From Candidatus Latescibacterota bacterium (GTDB lineage Bacteria > Latescibacterota > UBA2968), in contig OZ242010.1 in assembly GCA_965204745.1 (NCBI GenBank), positions 3,424,001-3,488,000 of the forward strand: a stretch of DNA of 64,000 nt, written 5' to 3'. Shown here piece after piece: positions 10,590 through 19,118 of this stretch (its first letter is position 1; each line of letters starts with the position of its first letter). A model generated the notes under the pieces. That model worked only from the letters and a program-made list of their open reading frames with translations. It ran no database searches and was not told where the DNA came from. A program made the position numbers and the translations under genes.

Positions 10590-10737
10590 GAATATGATGA
10601 GCGTGGTAGCAAAAACGAGAAAGTTGAAGGAGCGACTGTTCCAGTTTCTCAAACCGAGAGCATATCTTGCGATAGGGCTTGATTTTTCCGATAAACAGCT
10701 CAACCAAAGTGAGTTGCTTGTAAATGTCAACACAACC
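10590..10737 (-). mobile_element. Solo end of the same IS5-derived element with a transposase C-terminal remnant
   Basis: TIR AAATGTCAACACAACC followed by TA; minus strand reads ELFIGKIKPYRKICSRFEKL then, frameshifted, FLVFATTLI. No partner TIR nearby. Confidence 0.72.
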
Positions 10738-10849
10738 TAAACGCCCATCTCCCGTTTGAGGTCTATCCCTTGCCAAATGCGGCTCTAAGACTTAAATTGG
10801 TCATGTCGAATCAACGAAGTGCGTCGGGTTTTGGGCTGTTGGGCGGGGA

Positions 10850-10884
10850 CTGACAACTGACAACTGACAACTGACAACTGACAA
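10850..10884. repeat. Heptamer tandem repeat (CTGACAA)x5
   Basis: Direct count. Confidence 0.95.
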
Positions 10885-11159
10885 CTGCCTCTTGTATCTC
10901 TGGACGAACACGGGGGCATCGCCTAAAAAGGTGAGAGGTGAGAGGCAAGACGGGAGAAGACCCACACTCACTGCTCGCCTTTGAACGGGTTGTCGCCCAG
11001 TTGTACCCCTTTTGTGTTTTTGTGCCTTTTGTGGCTATCGCCAGTTGTACCCCGCTCGTGCCTAAAATCCCATCTTACTTCTCGCACGGGTTGGGTTGAC
11101 TGCTGATCGTTTGTAACTTGGTAGATACGGAACTTTAGTTTTTTTCGATAGTTAGACCC

Positions 11160-12008
11160 ATGACCTCCACAGGAGAGCGCGTTTTGAACCGGACGGGATG
11201 TTTGAAACTTGGCTTGATGATCGGCTCGATTGCCCTGTGGGGATGCAAGGTGCCGCCGAAAGGCACTGTGGTGGCACAGGTGGGGGATAGTTACCTGACC
11301 AAAGAGGCATTAGACCGTCGGATTCCCGCCCCGTTTGCCGGCAAATTGTCGGTTGCGGAAAAACGCAGGTTGGTCGAAAATTGGGTCGAAGAAGAGTTGC
11401 TCTATCGCGAGGCATTGCGGCAAAAGCTCGATAGAGATCCCGAATTGTCGGATCGCATAGATCGTGCGGTGCGGCAATTGTTGGCAGGCGAGTTGATGGC
11501 GCGCCAACACGAGCGGGATACCGACGTCTTACAGGACGAAATTCTCGCCTATTACGAAGCGCATCGGGCGGATTTTGAGCGCGAGAAGCCCGAACTGAGG
11601 GTGCGGCACATCGTCTTGAAAGACGAACAGGCAATGAATCAGGCGTGGGAGCGATTGCAAAAAGGCGCGTTTTTTGGGCAATTGGCCGGCGAAATTTCAA
11701 TTGATCGGTCGGCTTCAAAGGGCGGGGATTTGGGATATTTTACCGAGGATATGGTCAGCCCGGATTTTTGGGCCGCGTGTCGAGACGTCAAACCGGGGCA
11801 TCGGGTGCGCGTTTCGACCGCATTGGGCTACCACATCATCGAGGTGCTAGATCGGCGCGAAGCGGGTTCCATCCGCGAGTTGACCGAGGTGCGCGACGAG
11901 ATTCAACTGCGCGTTCTGACCGAGCGCAGACGCGAGCAACGGGCGAAATTGCTGACCGATCTCAAGGATCGGATGGAATGGTCAATGGATTTGGAGAAGA
12001 TCGAGTAG
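11160..12008 (+). CDS. Parvulin-type peptidyl-prolyl isomerase lipoprotein (PrsA/PpiC-like)
   Basis: Lipobox LWGC, VRHIV, GGDLGYF and GYHII motifs; start uncertain. Confidence 0.85.
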   Translation: MTSTGERVLNRTGCLKLGLMIGSIALWGCKVPPKGTVVAQVGDSYLTKEALDRRIPAPFAGKLSVAEKRRLVENWVEEELLYREALRQKLDRDPELSDRIDRAVRQLLAGELMARQHERDTDVLQDEILAYYEAHRADFEREKPELRVRHIVLKDEQAMNQAWERLQKGAFFGQLAGEISIDRSASKGGDLGYFTEDMVSPDFWAACRDVKPGHRVRVSTALGYHIIEVLDRREAGSIRELTEVRDEIQLRVLTERRREQRAKLLTDLKDRMEWSMDLEKIE

Positions 12009-12086
12009 TGAACCGACCACTAACTGCTGATTGCTGACCGCTTGGCGGCGGGACTGACAACTGGCTACTGACAACTGGAGCTTTTC

Positions 12087-13322
12087 ATGAAAATCACATT
12101 TCTGCTCATCGGCATCATCGCACTCGCGGGCACAGCGCGGGCAGAGCCTGTGTTGTTGGACAAAATCGTGGCTGTGGTGGATGACGAGATCGTGTTGCAA
12201 TCGGATGTGGAGAACAAATTGCGAATGGCGTTGATCGGTCAGGGGATCGACGTGCGTACCATGCCACAGGCCGAACTCGAAGACATGTTCAACAAGGTGT
12301 TAGAGAACGAAATTCAGCGCAAATTACTGCTGGCCAAGGCGCGGGAAGACAGCATTGAGGTGGATGAGGATCGCGTGGAAGAAATGGTGCGGGCGCAGAT
12401 TCGCCAGTTCAAGGAGGAGTTCGGCGCGACGGCGTTTGCCGAAGAGCTAAAAAAACAGGGGTTGACCGAGCGGCAGGTGCGGGACGAGTTCAGGGAGCAA
12501 TTTCGCGATCAGTACTTGGAACGCAGCATGACCGAGATGCTCGCGCAACAGGTGAGCGTGTCGCCTCGGGACGTGAAGGCGTTTCAAGAGAAATACCGGC
12601 GCGGCGAATCCGACGTCGTGTCCCTAAGTCATATTTTTGTCGAACCCACCGCATCTCTTGAACAGCGAGACAAAGTTCGACCGCAGGCAGAGGCGGTGTT
12701 GGAACGCATTCGGGCAGGTGAGGATTTCGCCGCGCTGGCAAAGGAATTTTCACAAGATCCAGGTAGCGCGTCCCAAGGTGGGGATTTGGGCTTTTTTGGC
12801 CGGGGTACCATGGTGACGGCGTTTGAGGAGGTGGCATTTGGTCTCAAAGTGGGCGAGGTGAGCGACCTCGTGCTATCGAAGTTTGGCTTTCACATTATCC
12901 GCGTGGATGAGATCGCGGGCGATCAGGTGCGGGCGCGCCACATCTTGTTTTTGTTGCCGGCAGACGAAGATGCGGCGCAACGCAGGGCCATGGCCTTGTA
13001 CCAACAGATTCAAGACGGGGCGGATTTTGCCGAACTCGCACGCGCAGAGTCCGATTTTGAACAGACCGCGTCTCGCGGCGGATTGTTGGGCAGTTTGCCC
13101 AAGGCCAATCTGCCCCCCGAATACGCAGATGTGGTGCGCGCGCTCAAACCGGGCGGGGTGAGTTTGCCGGTGAAAATGGAAGGCGGGTGGAACCTGTTTC
13201 GCATCAATGACGATGTCAGCGCGTTGGAAGAGATCGCCAAGGAAGAGCGTTTGCAGGTGTTGTTCCGCGAAAAGTTGGCGGAGACGCGGAAGAAGTTGTA
13301 CGTGGATGTGCGCTTGGAATAG
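12087..13322 (+). CDS. surA: SurA-like periplasmic chaperone/PPIase
   Basis: Signal peptide, DKIVAVVDDEIVLQSD N-domain, two parvulin domains. Confidence 0.82.
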   Translation: MKITFLLIGIIALAGTARAEPVLLDKIVAVVDDEIVLQSDVENKLRMALIGQGIDVRTMPQAELEDMFNKVLENEIQRKLLLAKAREDSIEVDEDRVEEMVRAQIRQFKEEFGATAFAEELKKQGLTERQVRDEFREQFRDQYLERSMTEMLAQQVSVSPRDVKAFQEKYRRGESDVVSLSHIFVEPTASLEQRDKVRPQAEAVLERIRAGEDFAALAKEFSQDPGSASQGGDLGFFGRGTMVTAFEEVAFGLKVGEVSDLVLSKFGFHIIRVDEIAGDQVRARHILFLLPADEDAAQRRAMALYQQIQDGADFAELARAESDFEQTASRGGLLGSLPKANLPPEYADVVRALKPGGVSLPVKMEGGWNLFRINDDVSALEEIAKEERLQVLFREKLAETRKKLYVDVRLE

Positions 13323-13429
13323 CCCCTACTCCAATCTTTCAATGCGTTATTGCACGCCATAGATAGATCGAAGATGTATCGATTCACTTTCCGTCAATCG
13401 GGTTAGAATGCCATACATAGGGAGGGCGA

Positions 13430-13813
13430 ATGGGGGAAAGCACCCGCGAAATTTTAGAGTCCAAAGAGTCTATTTGGGCGCGTGTATTTTTTTATAACAT
13501 TTTTATCGGAATTGCTATCTATATCAGTGTTCGGGAGGCCTGGCTTTATCCATTGGCAGGCATACAAGGGATGGGTGACTTGGCGGGGTTCGTGGCTTTG
13601 TTGGTGTTCATTTACACGACTTGGAAGGAGACAGCTATGTTGTTTTACGATGCGTGGGCGAAAAGGGAGCGTCAACAAGGGCGCCAACAAGGGCGCCAAG
13701 AAGAGCGTCAAGAATTGCGTCAAGGCATTGCCCAAGTGTTTGCAGATGACAAAGACGCCATGGAAAAGCTCGATAAATTTTTCAATGGCATCACGCCAAC
13801 AGACCAGAAATGA
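13430..13813 (+). CDS. Small 2-TM protein with RQxG-repeat C-terminal tail; putative internal start at 13637
   Basis: GGAGG RBS, two hydrophobic segments, in-frame AAGGAG-6nt-ATG at 13637. Confidence 0.75.
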   Translation: MGESTREILESKESIWARVFFYNIFIGIAIYISVREAWLYPLAGIQGMGDLAGFVALLVFIYTTWKETAMLFYDAWAKRERQQGRQQGRQEERQELRQGIAQVFADDKDAMEKLDKFFNGITPTDQK

Positions 13814-13915
13814 GCGGTAAGGCGCGGTCTGCTGATACCTGATAGGGGTGTAATCGGGCGCGTGGTTTAGCGCGACAGCGTTTTAGGACATATTTGTTTT
13901 GGAAGGTGGTAATTT

Positions 13916-14389
13916 GTGGTAAAACGAGAGGATCTAATATCCAAGATAAAATCAGAAAAAATTAAAGAGGCTGTTCAGGCATGGCGTCTCTGGGTTGTCA
14001 ATTCTTTTGCTGTCATTGCTTTGGTGCTCGGATGTTGTAAATGTGGGTGGAGCCCTTTTAATCTGTTGCCCTATTTCCCCTATTTACAACCTTACCAACA
14101 GCTTTTTAACGAATGGCTTGTTCGTTATGCGTCAAGCCAAGGGTGGAGTGATTGTGTCGGTTTTGTGGGGTTTGGGATATTTACTTTTATCACCACAGGA
14201 GAAATAGTCATGTACGTTTATGACTGGATGTGTAATCGGCGCGAGTATAAGGCTGAAAAATTGCGCCAAGAAGGACGCCAAGAAGAGCGTCAAGAATTGC
14301 GTCAAGGCATTGCCCAAGTGTTTGCAGACAACAAAGACGCCATGGAGAAGCTCGATCAATTTTTTAATGGGCATAACGGTCAGAAATGA
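13916..14389 (+). CDS. Second membrane protein with the same tail; putative internal start at 14210
   Basis: GTG start after GGAAGGTGG; dissimilar hydrophobic N-terminus; in-frame AGGAG-8nt-ATG at 14210. Confidence 0.72.
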   Translation: MVKREDLISKIKSEKIKEAVQAWRLWVVNSFAVIALVLGCCKCGWSPFNLLPYFPYLQPYQQLFNEWLVRYASSQGWSDCVGFVGFGIFTFITTGEIVMYVYDWMCNRREYKAEKLRQEGRQEERQELRQGIAQVFADNKDAMEKLDQFFNGHNGQK

Positions 14390-14443
14390 GCGGTAAGGCG
14401 TGATCTGTTGATGCCTGATAGGTTTCGTAACCGGACGATAGCC

Positions 14444-14617
14444 ATGTACGTTTATGACTGGATGTGTAATCGGCGCGAGTATAAGGCTGAAAAATTGCGC
14501 CAAGAAGAGCGTCAAGAATTGCGTCAAGGCATTGCCCAAGTGTTTGCAGACGACAAAGACGCCATGGAAAAACTCGATAAATTTTTCAATGGCATCACGC
14601 CAACAGACCAGAAATGA
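14444..14617 (+). CDS. Stand-alone tail cassette 1 (57 aa)
   Basis: Starts at the same Met as the internal start of 13916-14389 (MYVYDWMCNRREYK). Confidence 0.65.
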   Translation: MYVYDWMCNRREYKAEKLRQEERQELRQGIAQVFADDKDAMEKLDKFFNGITPTDQK

Positions 14618-14671
14618 GCGGTAAGGCGCGGTCTGCTGATACCTGATAGGTTTCGTAATCGGACGATAGCC

Positions 14672-14881
14672 ATGTACGTTTATGACTGGATGTGTAATCG
14701 GCGCGAGTATAAGGCTGAAAAATTGCGCCAAGAAGGGCGTCAAGAAGGACATCAACAAGGGCGTCAAGAAGAGCGTCAAGAATTGCGTCAAGGCATTGCC
14801 CAAGTGTTTGCAGATGACAAAGACGCCATGGAAAAGCTCGATAAATTTTTCAATGGCATCACGCCAACAGACCAGAAATGA
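14672..14881 (+). CDS. Stand-alone tail cassette 2 (69 aa)
   Basis: Near-identical tandem copy with extra RQEG units. Confidence 0.65.
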   Translation: MYVYDWMCNRREYKAEKLRQEGRQEGHQQGRQEERQELRQGIAQVFADDKDAMEKLDKFFNGITPTDQK

Positions 14882-14938
14882 GCGGTAAGGCGCGGCGGTC
14901 TGCTGATACCTGATAGGTTTCGTAACCGGACGATAGCC

Positions 14939-15142
14939 ATGTACGTTTATGACTGGATGTGTAATCGGCGCGAGTATAAGGCTGAAAAATTGCGCCAAGA
15001 AGGGCGTCAAGAAGGACATCAACAAGGGCGTCAAGAAGAGCGTCAAGAATTGCGTCAAGGCATTGCCCAAGTGTTTGCAGATGACAAAGACGCCATGGAA
15101 AAGCTCGATCAATTTTTCAATGGGCATAACGGTCAGAAATAG
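14939..15142 (+). CDS. Stand-alone tail cassette 3 (67 aa)
   Basis: Near-identical tandem copy ending in HNGQK. Confidence 0.65.
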   Translation: MYVYDWMCNRREYKAEKLRQEGRQEGHQQGRQEERQELRQGIAQVFADDKDAMEKLDQFFNGHNGQK

Positions 15143-15181
15143 CCCGAGCGCGTGATCGCGCGATTGGATGCGAGGTTTGAA

Positions 15182-15454
15182 GTGAGATTGGATGTCTATT
15201 TGAATACGTGTTGTTTGGTGCGGCGGCGGTCAGAAGGCAAGCGGGCGTGCGACAATGGGATCGTGACCGTGGATGGGCAACAGGCCAAGGCGAGTCGCGT
15301 TTTGCACGTTGGGCAACGGGTGTGCATTGCGTTTTCCGACCGCCTGTTGGAATTTGAAGTGACCGCGTTGCCACGGGGCAATGTGTCGCGGAAGCAGGCG
15401 CCGAATTTTTATCGCATCGTGCGAGACGAAGCGCGGCCCCCCGAGTTTTTTTAG
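15182..15454 (+). CDS. hslR: S4-domain RNA-binding protein (Hsp15/HslR-like)
   Basis: MRLDVYL...LVRRRSEGKRACDNG...KASR pattern; GTG start after GAGG. Confidence 0.8.
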   Translation: MRLDVYLNTCCLVRRRSEGKRACDNGIVTVDGQQAKASRVLHVGQRVCIAFSDRLLEFEVTALPRGNVSRKQAPNFYRIVRDEARPPEFF

Positions 15455-15511
15455 TTCGCAACATCCAAAACAGAAAGGCACAGGCCGGCAGAGGCTGGCC
15501 GTTTTTCATTT

Positions 15512-16273
15512 ATGGCAAATTCCGAGACCACAGCGACGCCTTATACCCGACTGGCGAGCATCTACGATTACGCGATGCGGCATGTGGATTACGTGCATTG
15601 GGCGCGCTATGTGTTGTCGTTGCTCGCACGGCACGATGTCGTGCCCGGCCGGGTATTGGATTTGGCTTGCGGCACGGGCAGTTTGGCGATGGAACTCCAT
15701 CGCCGAGGGGTCGATGTTTTAGGCGCGGATGGGTGCAAAGAGATGATGGGCGTGGCTGTGGAGAAGGCGCGTAAGGCGCGGTATCCCATTCGGTTTTTTC
15801 ACCGCAATTTGCTCGAGTTGGGCGATCTGCCGGCTTGCGATGTGGCGTTGTGTTTGTACGATAGCATCAACTATTTGACGTCGCCTGACTTGGTGCAGCG
15901 GGCACTTGAAGAAGTGCATCGCGTCGTCACCAGCGACGGTGTTTTCGTGGTCGATATTTGCACGGAGAGCAACTCGAGGCAGTACTTCAGCAATATGCAG
16001 TCCACAGATCTCGGGGAGGGATTTTCGTACCTGCGGCACAGTTATTACGAGGCGGCAGAGGAGATGCAGTACAACAGATTTGAGATTCATTTTGAAGATA
16101 CAGATGAAAGGGTGACGGAGTTGCACCGACAGCGCATTTATTCTTTGGCGAAGATCGAGGAAATCGTCGCGGCGTCGCCTTTTGAGATGGCGGGGGCTTA
16201 CGGGGGATATGGGTACGCGCCGCCGACCGAGTTGTCGGACCGGGTGCATTTTGTGTTGAAAAACGAGCTATGA
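15512..16273 (+). CDS. Class I SAM-dependent methyltransferase
   Basis: VLDLACGTG motif I; CLYDSINY. Confidence 0.9.
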   Translation: MANSETTATPYTRLASIYDYAMRHVDYVHWARYVLSLLARHDVVPGRVLDLACGTGSLAMELHRRGVDVLGADGCKEMMGVAVEKARKARYPIRFFHRNLLELGDLPACDVALCLYDSINYLTSPDLVQRALEEVHRVVTSDGVFVVDICTESNSRQYFSNMQSTDLGEGFSYLRHSYYEAAEEMQYNRFEIHFEDTDERVTELHRQRIYSLAKIEEIVAASPFEMAGAYGGYGYAPPTELSDRVHFVLKNEL

Positions 16274-16941
16274 GCGCGATCAAATTTCAACATGTGCAAG
16301 TCGAGCACCAGGGCAGACCGATATTGGTCGATGTGGATTTCGAGATCGCGCCGGGCGAGTTCGCCTACTTAATCGGGCCGACGAGCGCGGAAACGAGCGC
16401 GGTATTTCGGCTGATTATTTTTGACGACCTGCCCAGTTCGGGCGCGGTCATTGTCGGACAATACGATTCGCAACAGATCCGCAGATCGGATGTTCCAAAG
16501 GCGCGGCGGAACGTGGGCGCGGCGTTTCGGGATTTCAAATTGTTGCACGACCGCACGGTATATGAAAATGTGGCTTTCGCGCTCGAAGTGACCGGGGTTT
16601 CGCGGCGATGGGTCGAGCGCAAAACACGGGCGGCATTGTCGGATGTGGATTTGTTGCACACATGCGATGCGTATCCCGAAGCGTTGTCGGGCCGCGAGTT
16701 GCAACTGGTGGCGATAGCACGCGCCCTGGCAAATGATCCCGCGGTTTTGTTGATCGATGATCCCACCACCCACATGGATGCCGAGGCGACGGATGAGCTG
16801 ATGGCGATTTTTGCGAAGCTACACGCGCGGGGCATTGCCGCGATCATGGCGACGCGAGACGCGGAACTGATGGCGCGATACCCGCGGCGCGTCATCCGGT
16901 TGGCGGATGGCGTCTCGCACCTCGAGCAGGCGGATATGTGA
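16270..16941 (+). CDS. ftsE: FtsE-like ABC ATPase subunit with degenerate catalytic motifs
   Basis: RTVYENVAFAL, LSGRELQ and VAIARALAN; upstream of ftsX; Walker A, Walker B, Q-loop and H-loop substituted. Confidence 0.8.
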   Translation: MSAIKFQHVQVEHQGRPILVDVDFEIAPGEFAYLIGPTSAETSAVFRLIIFDDLPSSGAVIVGQYDSQQIRRSDVPKARRNVGAAFRDFKLLHDRTVYENVAFALEVTGVSRRWVERKTRAALSDVDLLHTCDAYPEALSGRELQLVAIARALANDPAVLLIDDPTTHMDAEATDELMAIFAKLHARGIAAIMATRDAELMARYPRRVIRLADGVSHLEQADM

Positions 16942-16942
16942 C

Positions 16943-17788
16943 ATGAATTTTTTTTTGGTGTTGCGCGAAGCATTGCGGGGCATTGCGCGCACGGGAATCG
17001 CGGGCGTGATTTCCGTGGCGACTATCGGGGTCTCCCTGCTGGTCTTGGCCTGGTTTGGGCAGGTGATTGTGGGCGCGCACGCCTTGGTCGACCAACTGCG
17101 CGAACAGGTGGAGATCCATATTTACTTTTTTGATGGCGTTTCACAACAGCGCGTATTCGCACTGGAGCGCACCTTGAAAGGCATGCCCGAGGTGGCCGGG
17201 GTCGTGTATGTGGATCGAGACGCGGCGGCCAGAGAATTTCGCGCCTTGTTCGGTTCGGCTACGGTTGACGCGCTCTCGCGCAATCCCCTGCCCGCTTCGC
17301 TTCGGGTTCGCATTGCCCCCGGTGCGGATATGCCGCACCGAACCCGGGCCGTTGCAATGGCTGTCAGCGGCCACGAAATTGTGGAAGGGGTCGATGTGGG
17401 CGATGTGTGGGTGGATACGCTGGCGCGATTTGTGCAAGTGATCATCGGCGTTGGACTCGTGCTGGGCAGTGCGCTGTGTTTGGCGTGCGCGTTTGCCGTG
17501 GGCAATACGACGAAGTCGATGGTGCTCGCGCAGCGCGATGCCATCGAGATTATGCGGTTGGTCGGCGCGACAGAGGCGACTGTGCGGATGCCCTTGTGGA
17601 TCGGCGGCGCGATCCAAGGCGTGACAGGCGGGTTGTTGGCGTCTGCGATGTTGTCTTATGTCGCGTCTTGGTGGACGGTTCGCGTGCCGGATTTGGCGGT
17701 GCGACCGTCGGTTGAGATGGGATGCGCGTTGGTGGTCATCGGCGCGGTGCTCGGCGTGATAGGCAGTTGGGGATCGTTGAGAAAGTAG
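16943..17788 (+). CDS. ftsX: FtsX-like permease
   Basis: N-terminal TM, periplasmic NPLPASL, EIMRLVGAT, three C-terminal TMs. Confidence 0.85.
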   Translation: MNFFLVLREALRGIARTGIAGVISVATIGVSLLVLAWFGQVIVGAHALVDQLREQVEIHIYFFDGVSQQRVFALERTLKGMPEVAGVVYVDRDAAAREFRALFGSATVDALSRNPLPASLRVRIAPGADMPHRTRAVAMAVSGHEIVEGVDVGDVWVDTLARFVQVIIGVGLVLGSALCLACAFAVGNTTKSMVLAQRDAIEIMRLVGATEATVRMPLWIGGAIQGVTGGLLASAMLSYVASWWTVRVPDLAVRPSVEMGCALVVIGAVLGVIGSWGSLRK

Positions 17789-17794
17789 GGTGCA

Positions 17795-18439
17795 ATGCAG
17801 AACACAGCGCGTACAATCTGCGTGATAGCCCTTTTAATCGCCGGGTCAAATAGTGCGATGGCGCAGACGAGCAATGAGTTGGAGGCGCAACAACAAGCAG
17901 AGCGAGCCGCGCTGGACAGTTTGAAAGCGCGCATAGCGGCTGAGGACAGACATTTGCAACGGGCACGCCCGGCGTCGGAAGAGGAGATGCAGGAACAACT
18001 CGAGCGAGATAGGGCGCAGGTTGAGGAGGCGTTGCGCGTGGTGCAGAACACCTCTCGGGAACTCTCGCTTCGGATCGAGAACACGGAACAACACCTTCGG
18101 CAGGCCCAAGACCAACTCAAAACGCTCGAGCGCGAGATGGCGCAACGCATGCGCGAAAGATATAAAATAGAGCATCGGGGCATCCTGGCGATGTTGTTTT
18201 CCGCGCGGTCACTTGGCAATGCCGCACAGCGCGTGCGGTATTTGTCGCAACTGGCGGATCGGGATCAGCGGGATTTTCAAACATTGCAAACAGCGCGCAA
18301 ACGGGTGAGCCTTTTTTACGCGATTCACAGTTCTCAGCAGCGGCGACAGCAAATTTTGGTACAGCGCGAACGCGCCAATGAGCAGGTCTTGAAGCGTCTG
18401 ACAACGGATAGGTCGGGAATCAAAAATAGTGGTCAGTAG
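17795..18439 (+). CDS. EnvC-like coiled-coil protein lacking the M23 domain
   Basis: Signal peptide, long coiled coil, MLFSARSL...RVRYL segment, position after ftsEX. Confidence 0.62.
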   Translation: MQNTARTICVIALLIAGSNSAMAQTSNELEAQQQAERAALDSLKARIAAEDRHLQRARPASEEEMQEQLERDRAQVEEALRVVQNTSRELSLRIENTEQHLRQAQDQLKTLEREMAQRMRERYKIEHRGILAMLFSARSLGNAAQRVRYLSQLADRDQRDFQTLQTARKRVSLFYAIHSSQQRRQQILVQRERANEQVLKRLTTDRSGIKNSGQ

Positions 18440-18499
18440 TCAGTGGTCAGTGGTCAGTCCCCGCCCGGCCACCCAAGCCGTGCGAGACGTAAGAGGGGA

Positions 18500-18821
18500 G
18501 AAGCAAGAAGCAAGAGGCAAGAGGCAAGAGGCAAGAGGCAAGAGGCAAGAGGCAAGAGGCAAGAGGCAAGAGGCAAGAGGCAAGAGGCAAGAGGCAAGAG
18601 GCAAGAGGCAAGAGGCAAGAGGCAAGAGGCAAGAGGCAAGAGGCAAGAGGCAAGAGGCAAGAGGCAAGAGGCAAGAGGCAAGAGGCAAGAGGCAAGAGGC
18701 AAGAGGCAAGAGGCAAGAGGCAAGAGGCAAGAGGCAAGAGGCAAGAGGCAAGAGGCAAGAGGCAAGAGGCAAGAGGCAAGAGGCAAGAGGCAAGAGGCAA
18801 GAGGCAAGAGGCAAGAGGCAA
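18500..18821. repeat. Heptamer array: 2x GAAGCAA plus 44x GAGGCAA
   Basis: Perfect run 18514-18821 is 308 bp = 44 units. Confidence 0.96.
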
Positions 18822-19118
18822 GAGGGGTGGCCTTCTCACGTCTCACCTCTACCTTCTCACTTTTTTGGGTGGCCTTCTCGTCTTGCCTCTCACCTCTTGT
18901 ATCTTCGGGCCATCGCCCCTACACATATCGCTCACCTTTTGTGCCTTTTGTGCCTTTTGTGGCTAAAATCCCATCTCCCGTCTTCCCGAAGGGCGTTGGG
19001 CGGGGTTGTCTTGCCTCTCACCTCTCCCGTCTTACCTCTACCTTCTCACCTTTTTGGGCGGTCTTGCCCGCTCAAAGATACGAGAAGGCCATCCAACCCT
19101 TATGACCTTTGATTCGAT

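Larger units (their letters stand above)
14390..15142. repeat. Three tandem units (228, 264 and 261 bp), each a spacer plus a small ORF
   Basis: Each unit begins GCGGTAAGGCG...CCTGATAGGTTTCGTAA; a related spacer also follows 13813. Confidence 0.92.

Noticed and set aside
14132-15127. 331-aa minus-strand ORF
   Set aside because: Antisense shadow of the tandem cassettes; the RBSs and ORF boundaries support the plus strand.
13814-15142. CRISPR array or DGR template/variable repeats
   Set aside because: Units are >200 bp and near-identical with no unique spacers; differences are not adenine-specific; no cas or reverse transcriptase gene in the window.
18429-19112. ORFs of RGKRQEA / LLPLASC repeats
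   Set aside because: Translation artefacts of a stop-free heptamer array, open in several frames on both strands.
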